Below are positions 31,034-39,568 of a stretch of DNA of 64,000 bases, one piece after another. Both the position numbers and the translations under genes were made by a program. The stretch lies in assembly GCF_965261555.1 (NCBI RefSeq), contig NZ_OZ253465.1, positions 2,547,977 through 2,611,976 of the forward strand. Reading direction: 5' to 3'. Position 1 is the stretch's first letter. Every line of letters starts with the position of its first letter. Under the pieces are notes generated by a model. It saw nothing but the letters and a program-made list of their open reading frames with translations, had not been told where the DNA came from and ran no database searches. Source of the DNA: Candidatus Palauibacter sp. (GTDB lineage Bacteria > Gemmatimonadota > Gemmatimonadetes > Palauibacterales > Palauibacteraceae).

Positions 31034-32593
31034 ATGTTCACGGAGATGAGCGACCCCCGACCCCACGACCCGGAATCCGTCCTCCGCGACGTCTTCGGTT
31101 ACGACGAGTTCCGGCCGGGACAGGCGCACATCATCGAATCGGTCCTGGCGGGACGGGACTGCATCGGCGTCATGCCCACCGGGGCGGGGAAGTCGCTCAC
31201 CTTCCAGGTCCCGGCCCGCATCATGCCCGGGACCGTACTCGTCCTCTCCCCGCTCATCAGCCTGATGAAGGATCAGGTCGACGCGCTCCGCGACGTCGGG
31301 TTCCGGGCCACCGCGATCAACTCGTCTCTCGCGGCGGACGAGCGCCGGCGCCGATTGCGGGGATTCGAGCGCGGGGACTACGAACTCGTCTATCTGGCGC
31401 CGGAAGCGCTGGGTCCGCACATGCGGGAACGCCTGCGTTACGCGCCGCTTTCCCTGATCGTCGTCGATGAGGCGCACTGCATCTCCCAATGGGGACACGA
31501 CTTCCGCCCTTCGTACCGGGCGCTTCAGGGACTGCGGGACGAGATTCGCGATCAACGCGCGGGAGGGAACGGACTGCCCATCCTCGCGCTCACCGCGACC
31601 GCCACCCGCAGGGTCGCCGCCGACATCGTTCGACAGTTGGGAATGAGGAAGCCCGAGGGATACAAGGGTTCCTTCTTTCGCTCGAACCTCCGCGTGATCT
31701 GCCGAAAGAAGGGGGAGGGAAATACACGGGCCGAGATCCTCGGGCTCATCCGCCGCCACCGGGGCGAGAGCGGGATCGTCTATTGTCTGTCGAGAAAGTC
31801 CGTCGAACAGATGGCGGAGTTCCTCCGCCGCGAAGGCGTCGACGCGGTCCCGTACCACGCGGGACTCGACGACGCCGCGCGGGCCGAGCACCAGGACGCG
31901 TTCGCCCGCGACGAGGTCGACGTGGTCGTGGCGACCATCGCCTTCGGGATGGGGATCGACAAATCCAACGTCCGCTTCGTCATCCACCGCGACATGCCGT
32001 CGGACATCGAGTCGTGGTACCAGGAGATCGGACGCGCGGGGCGCGACGGGCTCCCCAGCGACTGCGTCCTCTTCTACTCGTGGGCGGACGTGAAGGTGCG
32101 CGAGCGGTTCCTCGCCGAGATCGACGATCCGACGGTGCGCGAGGCGAAGCGCCGGGCGGCCGTCGACCTCTTCCGGCTCGCGGACCGCGACGTGTGCCGC
32201 CACCGCGGGCTGCTCGCGTACTTCGGGGAGGACTTCGATGCGTGCGGCGAAGCGTGCGACGTGTGCGCGGGAATCGGCGTCGCGGACCTCGTGGACGTGC
32301 TCCCCGTGCTCAAACGGAAGGCACGCGCGGCGGGTTCCCGGCGGCGGACCGCGGCGGTCGAGGTCGACCGGTCGCCGTCGGACCCCACCTTCCAGCGTCT
32401 CCGCACCCTGCGGAAGCAGCTGGCGGATGCGAGAGGGGTCCCCGCCTACATCGTGTTCAGCGACCAGGTGCTGTGGGACCTGATCGACCTGCGCCCCGGC
32501 TCGCCCGAAGAGATGCTGCGCGTGCCCGGCATCGGCCCCGCCAAGCTCCAGCAGTACGGCGAAGTCTTCCTGGCCGCGCTACAGGAAGGCTGA
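31034..32593 (+). CDS. recQ: ATP-dependent DNA helicase RecQ (short form with HRDC)
   Basis: FGYDEFRPGQAHIIESVLAGRDCIGVMPTGAGKSLTFQVPA (Walker A), DEAHCISQWGHDFRPSY (DEAH), zinc-binding Cys cluster, C-terminal HRDC-like region. Confidence 0.9.
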   Translation: MFTEMSDPRPHDPESVLRDVFGYDEFRPGQAHIIESVLAGRDCIGVMPTGAGKSLTFQVPARIMPGTVLVLSPLISLMKDQVDALRDVGFRATAINSSLAADERRRRLRGFERGDYELVYLAPEALGPHMRERLRYAPLSLIVVDEAHCISQWGHDFRPSYRALQGLRDEIRDQRAGGNGLPILALTATATRRVAADIVRQLGMRKPEGYKGSFFRSNLRVICRKKGEGNTRAEILGLIRRHRGESGIVYCLSRKSVEQMAEFLRREGVDAVPYHAGLDDAARAEHQDAFARDEVDVVVATIAFGMGIDKSNVRFVIHRDMPSDIESWYQEIGRAGRDGLPSDCVLFYSWADVKVRERFLAEIDDPTVREAKRRAAVDLFRLADRDVCRHRGLLAYFGEDFDACGEACDVCAGIGVADLVDVLPVLKRKARAAGSRRRTAAVEVDRSPSDPTFQRLRTLRKQLADARGVPAYIVFSDQVLWDLIDLRPGSPEEMLRVPGIGPAKLQQYGEVFLAALQEG

Positions 32594-32595
32594 AC

Positions 32596-33684
32596 TCACG
32601 ATTTCGTCCAGATCACGACGGCGCCGCACCGTGACTCCATTCCGGCGAATTCGGCCGGCAGCTCGGAGGGGCCTCGATACACTTCGACGCCCGCGATCTC
32701 GATCGGGATGACGAAGTCGTTGATGTTCGTTGAGGAGCCGGGCCCGATCCGACTCCGGCGGACGACGAGGCTGCCGTCCAGGTAGACGCTCATCAGGCAG
32801 CCCTCGCTCGAGGAAGCGTCCGGTATCCGGGAGTTGTACAGCCGGCAGCTGTTGAGCCGCGCTCCGCAGCCTCCGAGTCGGATCCCCGGGACATCGGCGA
32901 TCATGTGCGTGATCCGGGTGGGGTTGCGGCGCTCGATATCCTCGGCCGTGAAGAAGGTGCCGCCGCTCACGAGTTCGCCCCAGTACTTCCGCTCGTAGAA
33001 GCCCCTGGTCTCCAGCCTGCGAAGCCTCACGGCAGTCGCCACCAGCGGCTCCATCACCAACGGTTCGGGCACGAGACCGATCTCGATCTCCGTCGTGCGG
33101 CCGCGGGCCACCACGACCGGATGGCGGAACGGCGCATATCCGATATGGCGCACGGTGATCTCACGTCGGCCGACGGGGACGCCGCTGACGACGAAGCGGC
33201 CTCTCCGGTTGCTCGACACCTCGCCGGGATCGCCGATGATGGACACGGCGGCGGTGGCCACAGGGTCATCCGTCCCGGCATCGCGCACGTGCCCAATGAG
33301 CCGTCCCGTGCCGGCGTCGGAGAGGAGAAGCCGAAGCTCCACTTCGTGCGGCAGCCCCGCTTCGAGGGCTACCACGGACTCCTCGCTCGATGCATCTCCG
33401 AACTCGGCCCAGAGCGTGGCCTCTCCGGCGTCTCGGGGAGCGCAGAGCAGCAGGTGTCCGTCGGTTCCGGCCGTTTCGCGGACGGGTTGCCGCACCGCGT
33501 CCGTCCAGCGCAGAACCACGGTGGCCTCCGGTATCGGAATGAAGCCGGACTCGTCCACTACCAAGATGCGGAGGGAAGCCCGGCCGTCGCATTCGTCCGT
33601 CGACTGGCCCTCCATGCCGACGGGGACGACAAGCGGCTGCAGCGCGACCAGAACCGTCATCGCCAGCGTTCTTCCGTGATACAT
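32596..33684 (-). CDS. carboxypeptidase-regulatory-like domain plus TonB-receptor plug-like domain protein (no barrel)
   Basis: Signal-like MYHGRTLAMTVLVALQPLVVPV, then a CarbopepD_reg-like segment, then a plug-like segment (GTFFTAEDIERRNPTRITHMIADVPGIRL). Start trimmed from 33831 to avoid overlap with the convergent + gene; the start is uncertain. Confidence 0.5.
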   Translation of the reverse strand: MYHGRTLAMTVLVALQPLVVPVGMEGQSTDECDGRASLRILVVDESGFIPIPEATVVLRWTDAVRQPVRETAGTDGHLLLCAPRDAGEATLWAEFGDASSEESVVALEAGLPHEVELRLLLSDAGTGRLIGHVRDAGTDDPVATAAVSIIGDPGEVSSNRRGRFVVSGVPVGRREITVRHIGYAPFRHPVVVARGRTTEIEIGLVPEPLVMEPLVATAVRLRRLETRGFYERKYWGELVSGGTFFTAEDIERRNPTRITHMIADVPGIRLGGCGARLNSCRLYNSRIPDASSSEGCLMSVYLDGSLVVRRSRIGPGSSTNINDFVIPIEIAGVEVYRGPSELPAEFAGMESRCGAVVIWTKS

Positions 33685-33783
33685 GCCCCGTACTCCCGTG
33701 AGGTAGATCGCCTGTCCCGTTGGTGGTGTGGCGCACGTAAGTTGCGGCTGTTCGGAAGACGCCGGAATCACTTGCGGCGTCAC

Positions 33784-34338
33784 ATGGCTCCGATGCCCCA
33801 CGCGGAGGATCGAACCACGAAACCCTCGCACGCCGCAGCACTGAAGACGGCGCTCACCGCAGTCGTGCTGTACGGTGTCTTCGTGGTGGGCCTCCCGGCA
33901 CTTGTCCTCCAGAACATCGAAGGGGTTCTCCTGCCCTCGACGGATATCGGGTTCTTCCGCTGGCTGGGCGTGCCTGTGGCGGGATTCGGCTTCTACCTAT
34001 ACCTGTGGGCAGCCATCCGGCTCGTGCGGCGGCAGACCCCGGCCATCCCCGGCGTCGCGCCCACCGTGCTCGTGACCGACGGATGGTATGGACGCACGCG
34101 TCATCCGCTCCTCTTCGGTGTGGTCCTCATCCTTCTTGCGGAGGCCGTGTTTTTCTCGTCCGCGGCCCTGCTCGCCTACGCGCTCGCTTACTGGCTGTGG
34201 CTCACTCTCTTCGTTGTCCTCAAGGAGGAACCGGATCTCCGGCGTACCTTCGGCGAGGCGTTCGACGGCTACTGCCGTGACGTTCCGCGCTGGATGCCGC
34301 GACCAGGGCGGACCTCGCGGCCGGCCGGCTCCCGGTAG
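33784..34338 (+). CDS. ICMT/PEMT-family membrane methyltransferase (isoprenylcysteine carboxyl methyltransferase-like)
   Basis: 184 aa multi-TM protein with the characteristic ...LVTDGWYGRTRHPLLFGVVLILLAEAVFF... block. ATG 33784 verified; the ORF 32905..34338 is an artifactual extension. Confidence 0.7.
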   Translation: MAPMPHAEDRTTKPSHAAALKTALTAVVLYGVFVVGLPALVLQNIEGVLLPSTDIGFFRWLGVPVAGFGFYLYLWAAIRLVRRQTPAIPGVAPTVLVTDGWYGRTRHPLLFGVVLILLAEAVFFSSAALLAYALAYWLWLTLFVVLKEEPDLRRTFGEAFDGYCRDVPRWMPRPGRTSRPAGSR

Positions 34339-34348
34339 AGCCAGCGCG

Positions 34349-35182
34349 ATGCCGGAGGTCTTTTTCCACGTCGGGGCGGGGCGGGCGGCTTCGCGGTGGC
34401 TGCAGGAACAGGTGTTTCCGCACCTTCGAGGTGTGCGCTACCTCCCGCGCACCCGGTTTCGGCAGAGCGCGAAGGTGGTGCGGCGGGGTGGAGATCTTCC
34501 CGTCCTCGTGTCCCGACAGCTCGGATACCGCGAGTTCACGCCCGCCGTTGAATGGTTCGCGCGCCTGGCGCCGGCGGCCCGGCCGATCCTGATCCTGCGC
34601 CGCCACGATGAGTGGCTCCGGTCGGTATATCTCCGGGAGATCAAGGAGCTGCGCTACGTCCCGTTCGAGGCTTTCATCGACTTCGAGCGCGACGAGGGCC
34701 TCCGGCCCCGGTCCTCGGCCCTCTTCCGCGAGCGCATCCGCGTGCTCGAGGATCACTTCGAACATCGGCCGCTCGTCCTTTTCTTTGACCGACTCCTCGC
34801 GGACCCGCGCGCCTTCGTGCGAACGATCGCGGACTACGTGGGCGCGTCGTATGAGGAGGCCCGGATCTCGTTCCGCCCCTCGAACCGTTCCTATCGAGAC
34901 CGGCAGTACCGGTTTCTGCGGGAGGTGCGTCGACGCTGGCCGGCGAAACGGAGGGCGGAGCCCGCGCCCGCCGCCCTCCGGTGGCTTCGGGTCCGGAGTC
35001 GACGGCTCGCCTGGCACGCGGGCGTGGCGCTCGGGCAGGTCGCACCGGAGCAGATCCTGAGTTCCGATCCGCTCCTCACCGATCAGCAGCTCGCACGCGT
35101 CCGCACCTTCTACGAAGCGGACTGGCAGGCCTGCGTGGACTACGCCCGCCGACACAACCCGGGACTCATCGCCGGGGACTGA
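34349..35182 (+). CDS. sulfotransferase-family protein
   Basis: 277 aa starting 11 nt after the methyltransferase stop. PAPS-binding-like N-terminus (MPEVFFHVGAGRAASRWLQ) and general sulfotransferase-like composition. Family assignment is tentative. Confidence 0.5.
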   Translation: MPEVFFHVGAGRAASRWLQEQVFPHLRGVRYLPRTRFRQSAKVVRRGGDLPVLVSRQLGYREFTPAVEWFARLAPAARPILILRRHDEWLRSVYLREIKELRYVPFEAFIDFERDEGLRPRSSALFRERIRVLEDHFEHRPLVLFFDRLLADPRAFVRTIADYVGASYEEARISFRPSNRSYRDRQYRFLREVRRRWPAKRRAEPAPAALRWLRVRSRRLAWHAGVALGQVAPEQILSSDPLLTDQQLARVRTFYEADWQACVDYARRHNPGLIAGD

Positions 35183-35278
35183 CCGAACGCCGAAGGCGAC
35201 GACGGGCTCGCCGCATCCGCTGGCGCCCCCCAGATTCCCGCCCCTGTACGTCATTGCCGACGACACTCCGGAGGACGC

Positions 35279-37291
35279 ATGCCCCGACGACGGTTCGTTA
35301 CGCCCCGCGCTGCCCCGGCCACGCCGGTCCTCGGATGGCTGGCTCTCGGGGTGGCGCTCTCGGGGTGCGCCGGCGACGAGGCCGCCAACGATACTGACGA
35401 ACGCCTGCCTCCGGCGGCGGCGTATGCGGGTGACGACTGGCCTGTCTACGGCGGCGACCCGGGCGGCCTCAAGTATTCCTCCCTCACGGCGATCGACCGC
35501 TCGAACGTCGCCGAACTCGAGGCGGCTTGGGTCTGGGAGACGAGAGAAGAACCGATTCCCGATGCGGCGAGCCCCATCCAGGGCGAGCGCGTGGCGCCGG
35601 GGGCCTTCGAGGTGACGCCGATCGTCATCAACGACACGATGTGGCTCTCCACCCCCTACAGCCGCGTCGTCGCCCTGGACGCCGAGACGGGAGAGGAGTT
35701 CTGGAGCTACGATCCCAGGGCGTGGGAGTGGGGAAACCTCCACCGCGGCTGCCGCTTCTGTCACCGCGGAATCGCCCAGTGGAGCGAAGGAGGCGAGCGG
35801 CGGATCTTCCTGAACTCGCGCTGGCGGCTGATCGCGCTCGACGCCGCCACGGGCGAGCCGATCCAGAGCTTCGGGAACAGCGGAGAAGTAGATCTGACGG
35901 AGGGTCTCGCCTGGGACGCGAACCGGCTTCACATCTCCAACACCTCTCCCGCCGTCGTGTTCGAGGACATCGTGATCGTGGGCAGCGGCGTCCCGGACAA
36001 CCGGATCTACCGCAACAACCCTCCGGGCGACGTGCAGGCGTTCGACGCGCGCACCGGGGAGTTGCTCTGGACCTTCCACACCATCCCCAAGGAGGGGGAG
36101 TTCGGGGTCGAGACGTGGGAGGACGAGTCATGGTCCTACACCGGCTCGGCCAACGTGTGGGCGCCGTTCTCGCTGGACCCCGAGCGGGGGTTCCTTTACC
36201 TGCCCGTCTCCACGCCGAACAACGACTTCTATGGCGGCCACCGGCGGGGCCAGAACCTGTTCGCCGAGTCGCTCGTGTGCCTCGACGCGCGGACGGGCGA
36301 GCGCGTGTGGCACTTCCAGACCGTTCACCACGGGCTGTGGGACTACGACCTGCCCGCGCCGCCCGCGCTCGCGACGATCGAGGTCGGCGGGCGCGAGATC
36401 GACGCGGTCGTGGCGGTGGGAAAGACGGCGTTCACGTACGTGCTCGACCGAGTGACCGGCGAGCCCGTGTGGCCGGTCGAGGAGCGCGCGGTGCCGGAGA
36501 GCACGGTTCCCGGCGAGGTGCCGTGGCCGACCCAGCCGTTCCCGACGCGGCCCGCCCCGTTCTCCCGGCAGGGGATCACGGAAGACGACCTCATCGATTT
36601 CACGCCCGAACTGCGCGCGGAGGCGCTGGAGGTGTTCCGCCGCCACCGGACGGGGCCGATCTTCACGCCGCCCTCCGTCGAGGGGACGATCATGATGCCG
36701 GGCCTCATCGGCGGGGCGGGGTGGGGCGGCGCGGCCATCGATCCCGAGAGCGGCCACATGTTCGTGAAGGCGTATGACGATCCCTTCCTGGCCCGCGTCG
36801 CCGAGGCGGAGCCAGGGGAGGGGGACGCGGATTATCTCCCGAACTTCGCGAGCACGCTCTCGGTGGCTGGCGGGCTGCCGATCCTCAAGCCGCCCTACGG
36901 CACAATCACGGCGATCGATCTCAACACGGGCGACCACCTGTGGCAGCGTCCCTTCGGGGACGACTCGGCGATCCGGGAGCACCCGGCACTGGCGGGACTC
37001 GACCTCCCCCCGATGGGAGGCACGCCGCAGAGCCACGGGACGACATCCGGACCGCTGGCGACCGCGGGCGGGATCGTGTTCCTGGCGGGTGGAACTCCGT
37101 GGATCGAGGCGATGGATGTCCGCGACGGAACCACGCTGTGGCGAGGGGACCTGGCCGGGGGGCTGGGGCGCGGCAACCCGATGACCTACCGCACGCGATC
37201 CGGACGCCAGTTCGTCGTCGTCGCAACCTCCGCCGACGGACAGGTCGACTCGAAGCTGCAGGCCTTCGCCCTGCCGACGCCGGGGCGCTGA
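35279..37291 (+). CDS. PQQ-dependent dehydrogenase (quinoprotein glucose/alcohol dehydrogenase family), secreted lipoprotein
   Basis: Lipobox LALSGCAG; repeated W-motif propeller blades (DWPVYGGDPGGLKYSSLTAIDRSNVAELEAAWVWET...). Confidence 0.8.
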   Translation: MPRRRFVTPRAAPATPVLGWLALGVALSGCAGDEAANDTDERLPPAAAYAGDDWPVYGGDPGGLKYSSLTAIDRSNVAELEAAWVWETREEPIPDAASPIQGERVAPGAFEVTPIVINDTMWLSTPYSRVVALDAETGEEFWSYDPRAWEWGNLHRGCRFCHRGIAQWSEGGERRIFLNSRWRLIALDAATGEPIQSFGNSGEVDLTEGLAWDANRLHISNTSPAVVFEDIVIVGSGVPDNRIYRNNPPGDVQAFDARTGELLWTFHTIPKEGEFGVETWEDESWSYTGSANVWAPFSLDPERGFLYLPVSTPNNDFYGGHRRGQNLFAESLVCLDARTGERVWHFQTVHHGLWDYDLPAPPALATIEVGGREIDAVVAVGKTAFTYVLDRVTGEPVWPVEERAVPESTVPGEVPWPTQPFPTRPAPFSRQGITEDDLIDFTPELRAEALEVFRRHRTGPIFTPPSVEGTIMMPGLIGGAGWGGAAIDPESGHMFVKAYDDPFLARVAEAEPGEGDADYLPNFASTLSVAGGLPILKPPYGTITAIDLNTGDHLWQRPFGDDSAIREHPALAGLDLPPMGGTPQSHGTTSGPLATAGGIVFLAGGTPWIEAMDVRDGTTLWRGDLAGGLGRGNPMTYRTRSGRQFVVVATSADGQVDSKLQAFALPTPGR

Positions 37292-37404
37292 ACGGCCTCT
37301 TCGCCAACGTTCCCCCCGGCGCCGGCGGCCCCCGCTGGCAGCCGGCCGCATTACAGCTTGCCATCCCCCCTCGCGAGGTGCATCATCATCTGACGGTTCT
37401 AGTT

Positions 37405-37423
37405 GAGAATGATTCTCATTATC
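37405..37423. promoter_or_regulatory. Fur box (iron box)
   Basis: GAGAATGATTCTCATTATC matches the 19-bp consensus GATAATGATAATCATTATC at 16/19 positions. It lies in a locally AT-rich patch about 22 nt upstream of the CbiX-like gene start. A TTGACA hexamer follows at 37428..37433. Confidence 0.7.
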
Positions 37424-37444
37424 ATTATTGACAAGGTTGAGCCG

Positions 37445-38470
37445 ATGTTGAACGGATCACGGGTGCGCGCGCTGTTCGCCGCCCTTGGATTGCTCTGGAC
37501 GTTGAGCGGGTGTGCCTCCGCAGGGGGACCGCAGCCCGCCGTCGAACTCACCTCCCGCCTGGACCAGCCGGGACTTGCGCCGGAATCTGGACCCCGTCCC
37601 GGGATCCTCGTCATGGCGCACGGGGGTGGGGCGGAGTGGAACGGGCGGGTCGAGGACGCCCTGCGGCCGCTGCGCGACCGGATCCCCGTGTCGCTGGCGC
37701 TGGGGATGGCCGATCCCGGGACGATGCAGTCCGCCCTGGACTCGCTCGCGGAAGAGGGCGTGAACACGGTGGCCGTCGTGAGGCTGTTCGTGTCGGGAGC
37801 GTCGTTCCTGCATCCGACGGAGTTCCTGCTCGGCCTCCGTCCCGACGCCCCGGAGCGCGCGATGGTGGGGCACCGAATGGTGAGCGGGACGGAACTCGAT
37901 CCCCTCGCGAACGGCAGCCGGATCCTGCTGGTGCGGGAGGGACTGGGAGGGTCCGGCCAGGCGGCTCGCATCCTGGTCGACCGGGCCGCGACCGCCGGCA
38001 GACCCCCCGCCGAGAGCGGCGTGCTCCTCCTCGCGCACGGCATGGGGGATGATGGCGAGGACCGACGGGTGCTCGGCTCCATGGAGGATGCGGCCGAGGC
38101 CCTGCGGACCGGCGGCTACGCCGAAGTCCACGTCGGCACGCTCAGGGAAGACTGGGCCGGCGCACGGGAGGAGGCGGAGGAGCGGATCAAGGCGCTGGTC
38201 GCCGGCATGGGCGAACGTCACCGGCACGTCCTCGTGATCCCGTACCGCGTGTCCGGTTTCGGCCCCTACGCCGACGTGCTCGAAGGTCTCGAATACGTCG
38301 CCACCGAAGGATTCCTGCCCCATCCCCTGATCACCGATTGGATCGCGGAAAGGGCGACGGCGCGTTTCTGCGCCACCGGTATCGTCTCACCGCTCGGATC
38401 CTGTTCCGCCTCCGCGGGTGGGCGCGCGCCGTCGCGCCCCTGCGGACAGCCTCGAAACCTCGCCCGCTAA
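37445..38470 (+). CDS. CbiX-type (class II) chelatase-fold lipoprotein, duplicated CbiX domain
   Basis: Lipobox LLWTLSGCAS. Two halves each with the CbiX signature (ILVMAHGGGAEWN...; VLLLAHGMGDDGEDRRV...). The listed ORF start 37403 is the Fur box translated. Confidence 0.6.
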   Translation: MLNGSRVRALFAALGLLWTLSGCASAGGPQPAVELTSRLDQPGLAPESGPRPGILVMAHGGGAEWNGRVEDALRPLRDRIPVSLALGMADPGTMQSALDSLAEEGVNTVAVVRLFVSGASFLHPTEFLLGLRPDAPERAMVGHRMVSGTELDPLANGSRILLVREGLGGSGQAARILVDRAATAGRPPAESGVLLLAHGMGDDGEDRRVLGSMEDAAEALRTGGYAEVHVGTLREDWAGAREEAEERIKALVAGMGERHRHVLVIPYRVSGFGPYADVLEGLEYVATEGFLPHPLITDWIAERATARFCATGIVSPLGSCSASAGGRAPSRPCGQPRNLAR

Positions 38471-38494
38471 CTCTCGACACGGAGACCCGATTAC

Positions 38495-39568
38495 ATGACC
38501 GGAAGCACTCCTCTCTCGGCGCGGATCCCCTTCCGCGCACTGACGATTCCAATCGTGCTCGCGGCCTTTGCGGCGTGCGAGTCGGAAGTCGCCGCCCCCG
38601 AAGAGACGTTCGAGGAAGGCGTGATCACGGTCGACGCCACTTCGCCCGTCTCCTTCGCCTATGTGAGTCTGACCGGCGGCGGGGCGCTCCGGAGCCCGGC
38701 GGCTCCGGGCGGTTCCACGTCGTGGGACATGGCCTTCCGCAGGTTTTCCGTGCGGCTGAACGGCGGCGTCGCGGGCCCCGGCTCCGTATCCGCCGTCAGT
38801 CTGGGGAACAACGCGGGTCTGACGGCGGATCAGGTCACGGCGCTGACTCCGCAAGATGGCGAAGCGGCGTTCGCGGCGGTCACCGCTGCCGATATTCCGG
38901 CGGCGGGATTCGTCGAGGATGCGCTGGCGCCGGAGACGGGGCCGTCGTGGTTCCGCTTCGACCCCCAGGCGGGCACGATCGTGGCGAACCCCGGCGCGGC
39001 CTGGAAGCTGCGCGAGGGTTCGGGCCGCGGGTACGGCGTGATTCGCATGGTGGAGATCGCGATGCAGGGCGAGAGGCCCGTGGGCGCGACGATCCAGTTC
39101 CGGCGTCACGACCCGGGTGGCAGTCTCGGCGCGCCGGAAACGCTCGCGCTCGACCTCACGCGCGGACCGGTCTTCGTGAGCCTGTCGAACGGGATCGTGC
39201 GCGACCCCGCCGCTTGCGGCTGGGACGTCGCGACATCGCCCGAATTCACGATACAGGTGAACGAGGCCTGCGGCGCGGGAACCTTCCCGCTCGATGCAAC
39301 GGACGACTTCACGGCCCTGGCCCGTGCGGACGACGCGCCGGACTATGCCGGCTTCCTCTCGACGATCGCCGGCGCGTTTCCGGCCACGGTGGGAGATGCG
39401 CGGGGCGCGTTCTGGTATAGTATCCGGCAGAACAATCGAATGTGGCCGACCTACAACGTTTTCCTCGTCCGCGTGGGCGCGGAGGTCTACAAGGTGCAGC
39501 TCTTCGACTACTACAATGCGACCGGTGACTCGGGCCATCCGTCGGTGAGGTTCCAGCGGCTCCGGTGA
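38495..39568 (+). CDS. HmuY-like lipoprotein (tentative heme-binding protein)
   Basis: Lipobox LAAFAACES. Sits between the chelatase-like gene and a TonB-dependent receptor, with start/stop overlap to the receptor. Family assignment is from context and loose similarity only. Confidence 0.4.
   Translation: MTGSTPLSARIPFRALTIPIVLAAFAACESEVAAPEETFEEGVITVDATSPVSFAYVSLTGGGALRSPAAPGGSTSWDMAFRRFSVRLNGGVAGPGSVSAVSLGNNAGLTADQVTALTPQDGEAAFAAVTAADIPAAGFVEDALAPETGPSWFRFDPQAGTIVANPGAAWKLREGSGRGYGVIRMVEIAMQGERPVGATIQFRRHDPGGSLGAPETLALDLTRGPVFVSLSNGIVRDPAACGWDVATSPEFTIQVNEACGAGTFPLDATDDFTALARADDAPDYAGFLSTIAGAFPATVGDARGAFWYSIRQNNRMWPTYNVFLVRVGAEVYKVQLFDYYNATGDSGHPSVRFQRLR

Noticed and set aside
34220-36079. 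619-aa minus-strand ORF
   Set aside because: Antisense to the sulfotransferase and PQQ dehydrogenase genes; low-complexity.
37403-37444. Start MRMILIIIIDKVEP for the CbiX-like gene
   Set aside because: These codons are simply the AT-rich Fur box translated. The signal peptide and lipobox begin at ATG 37445.
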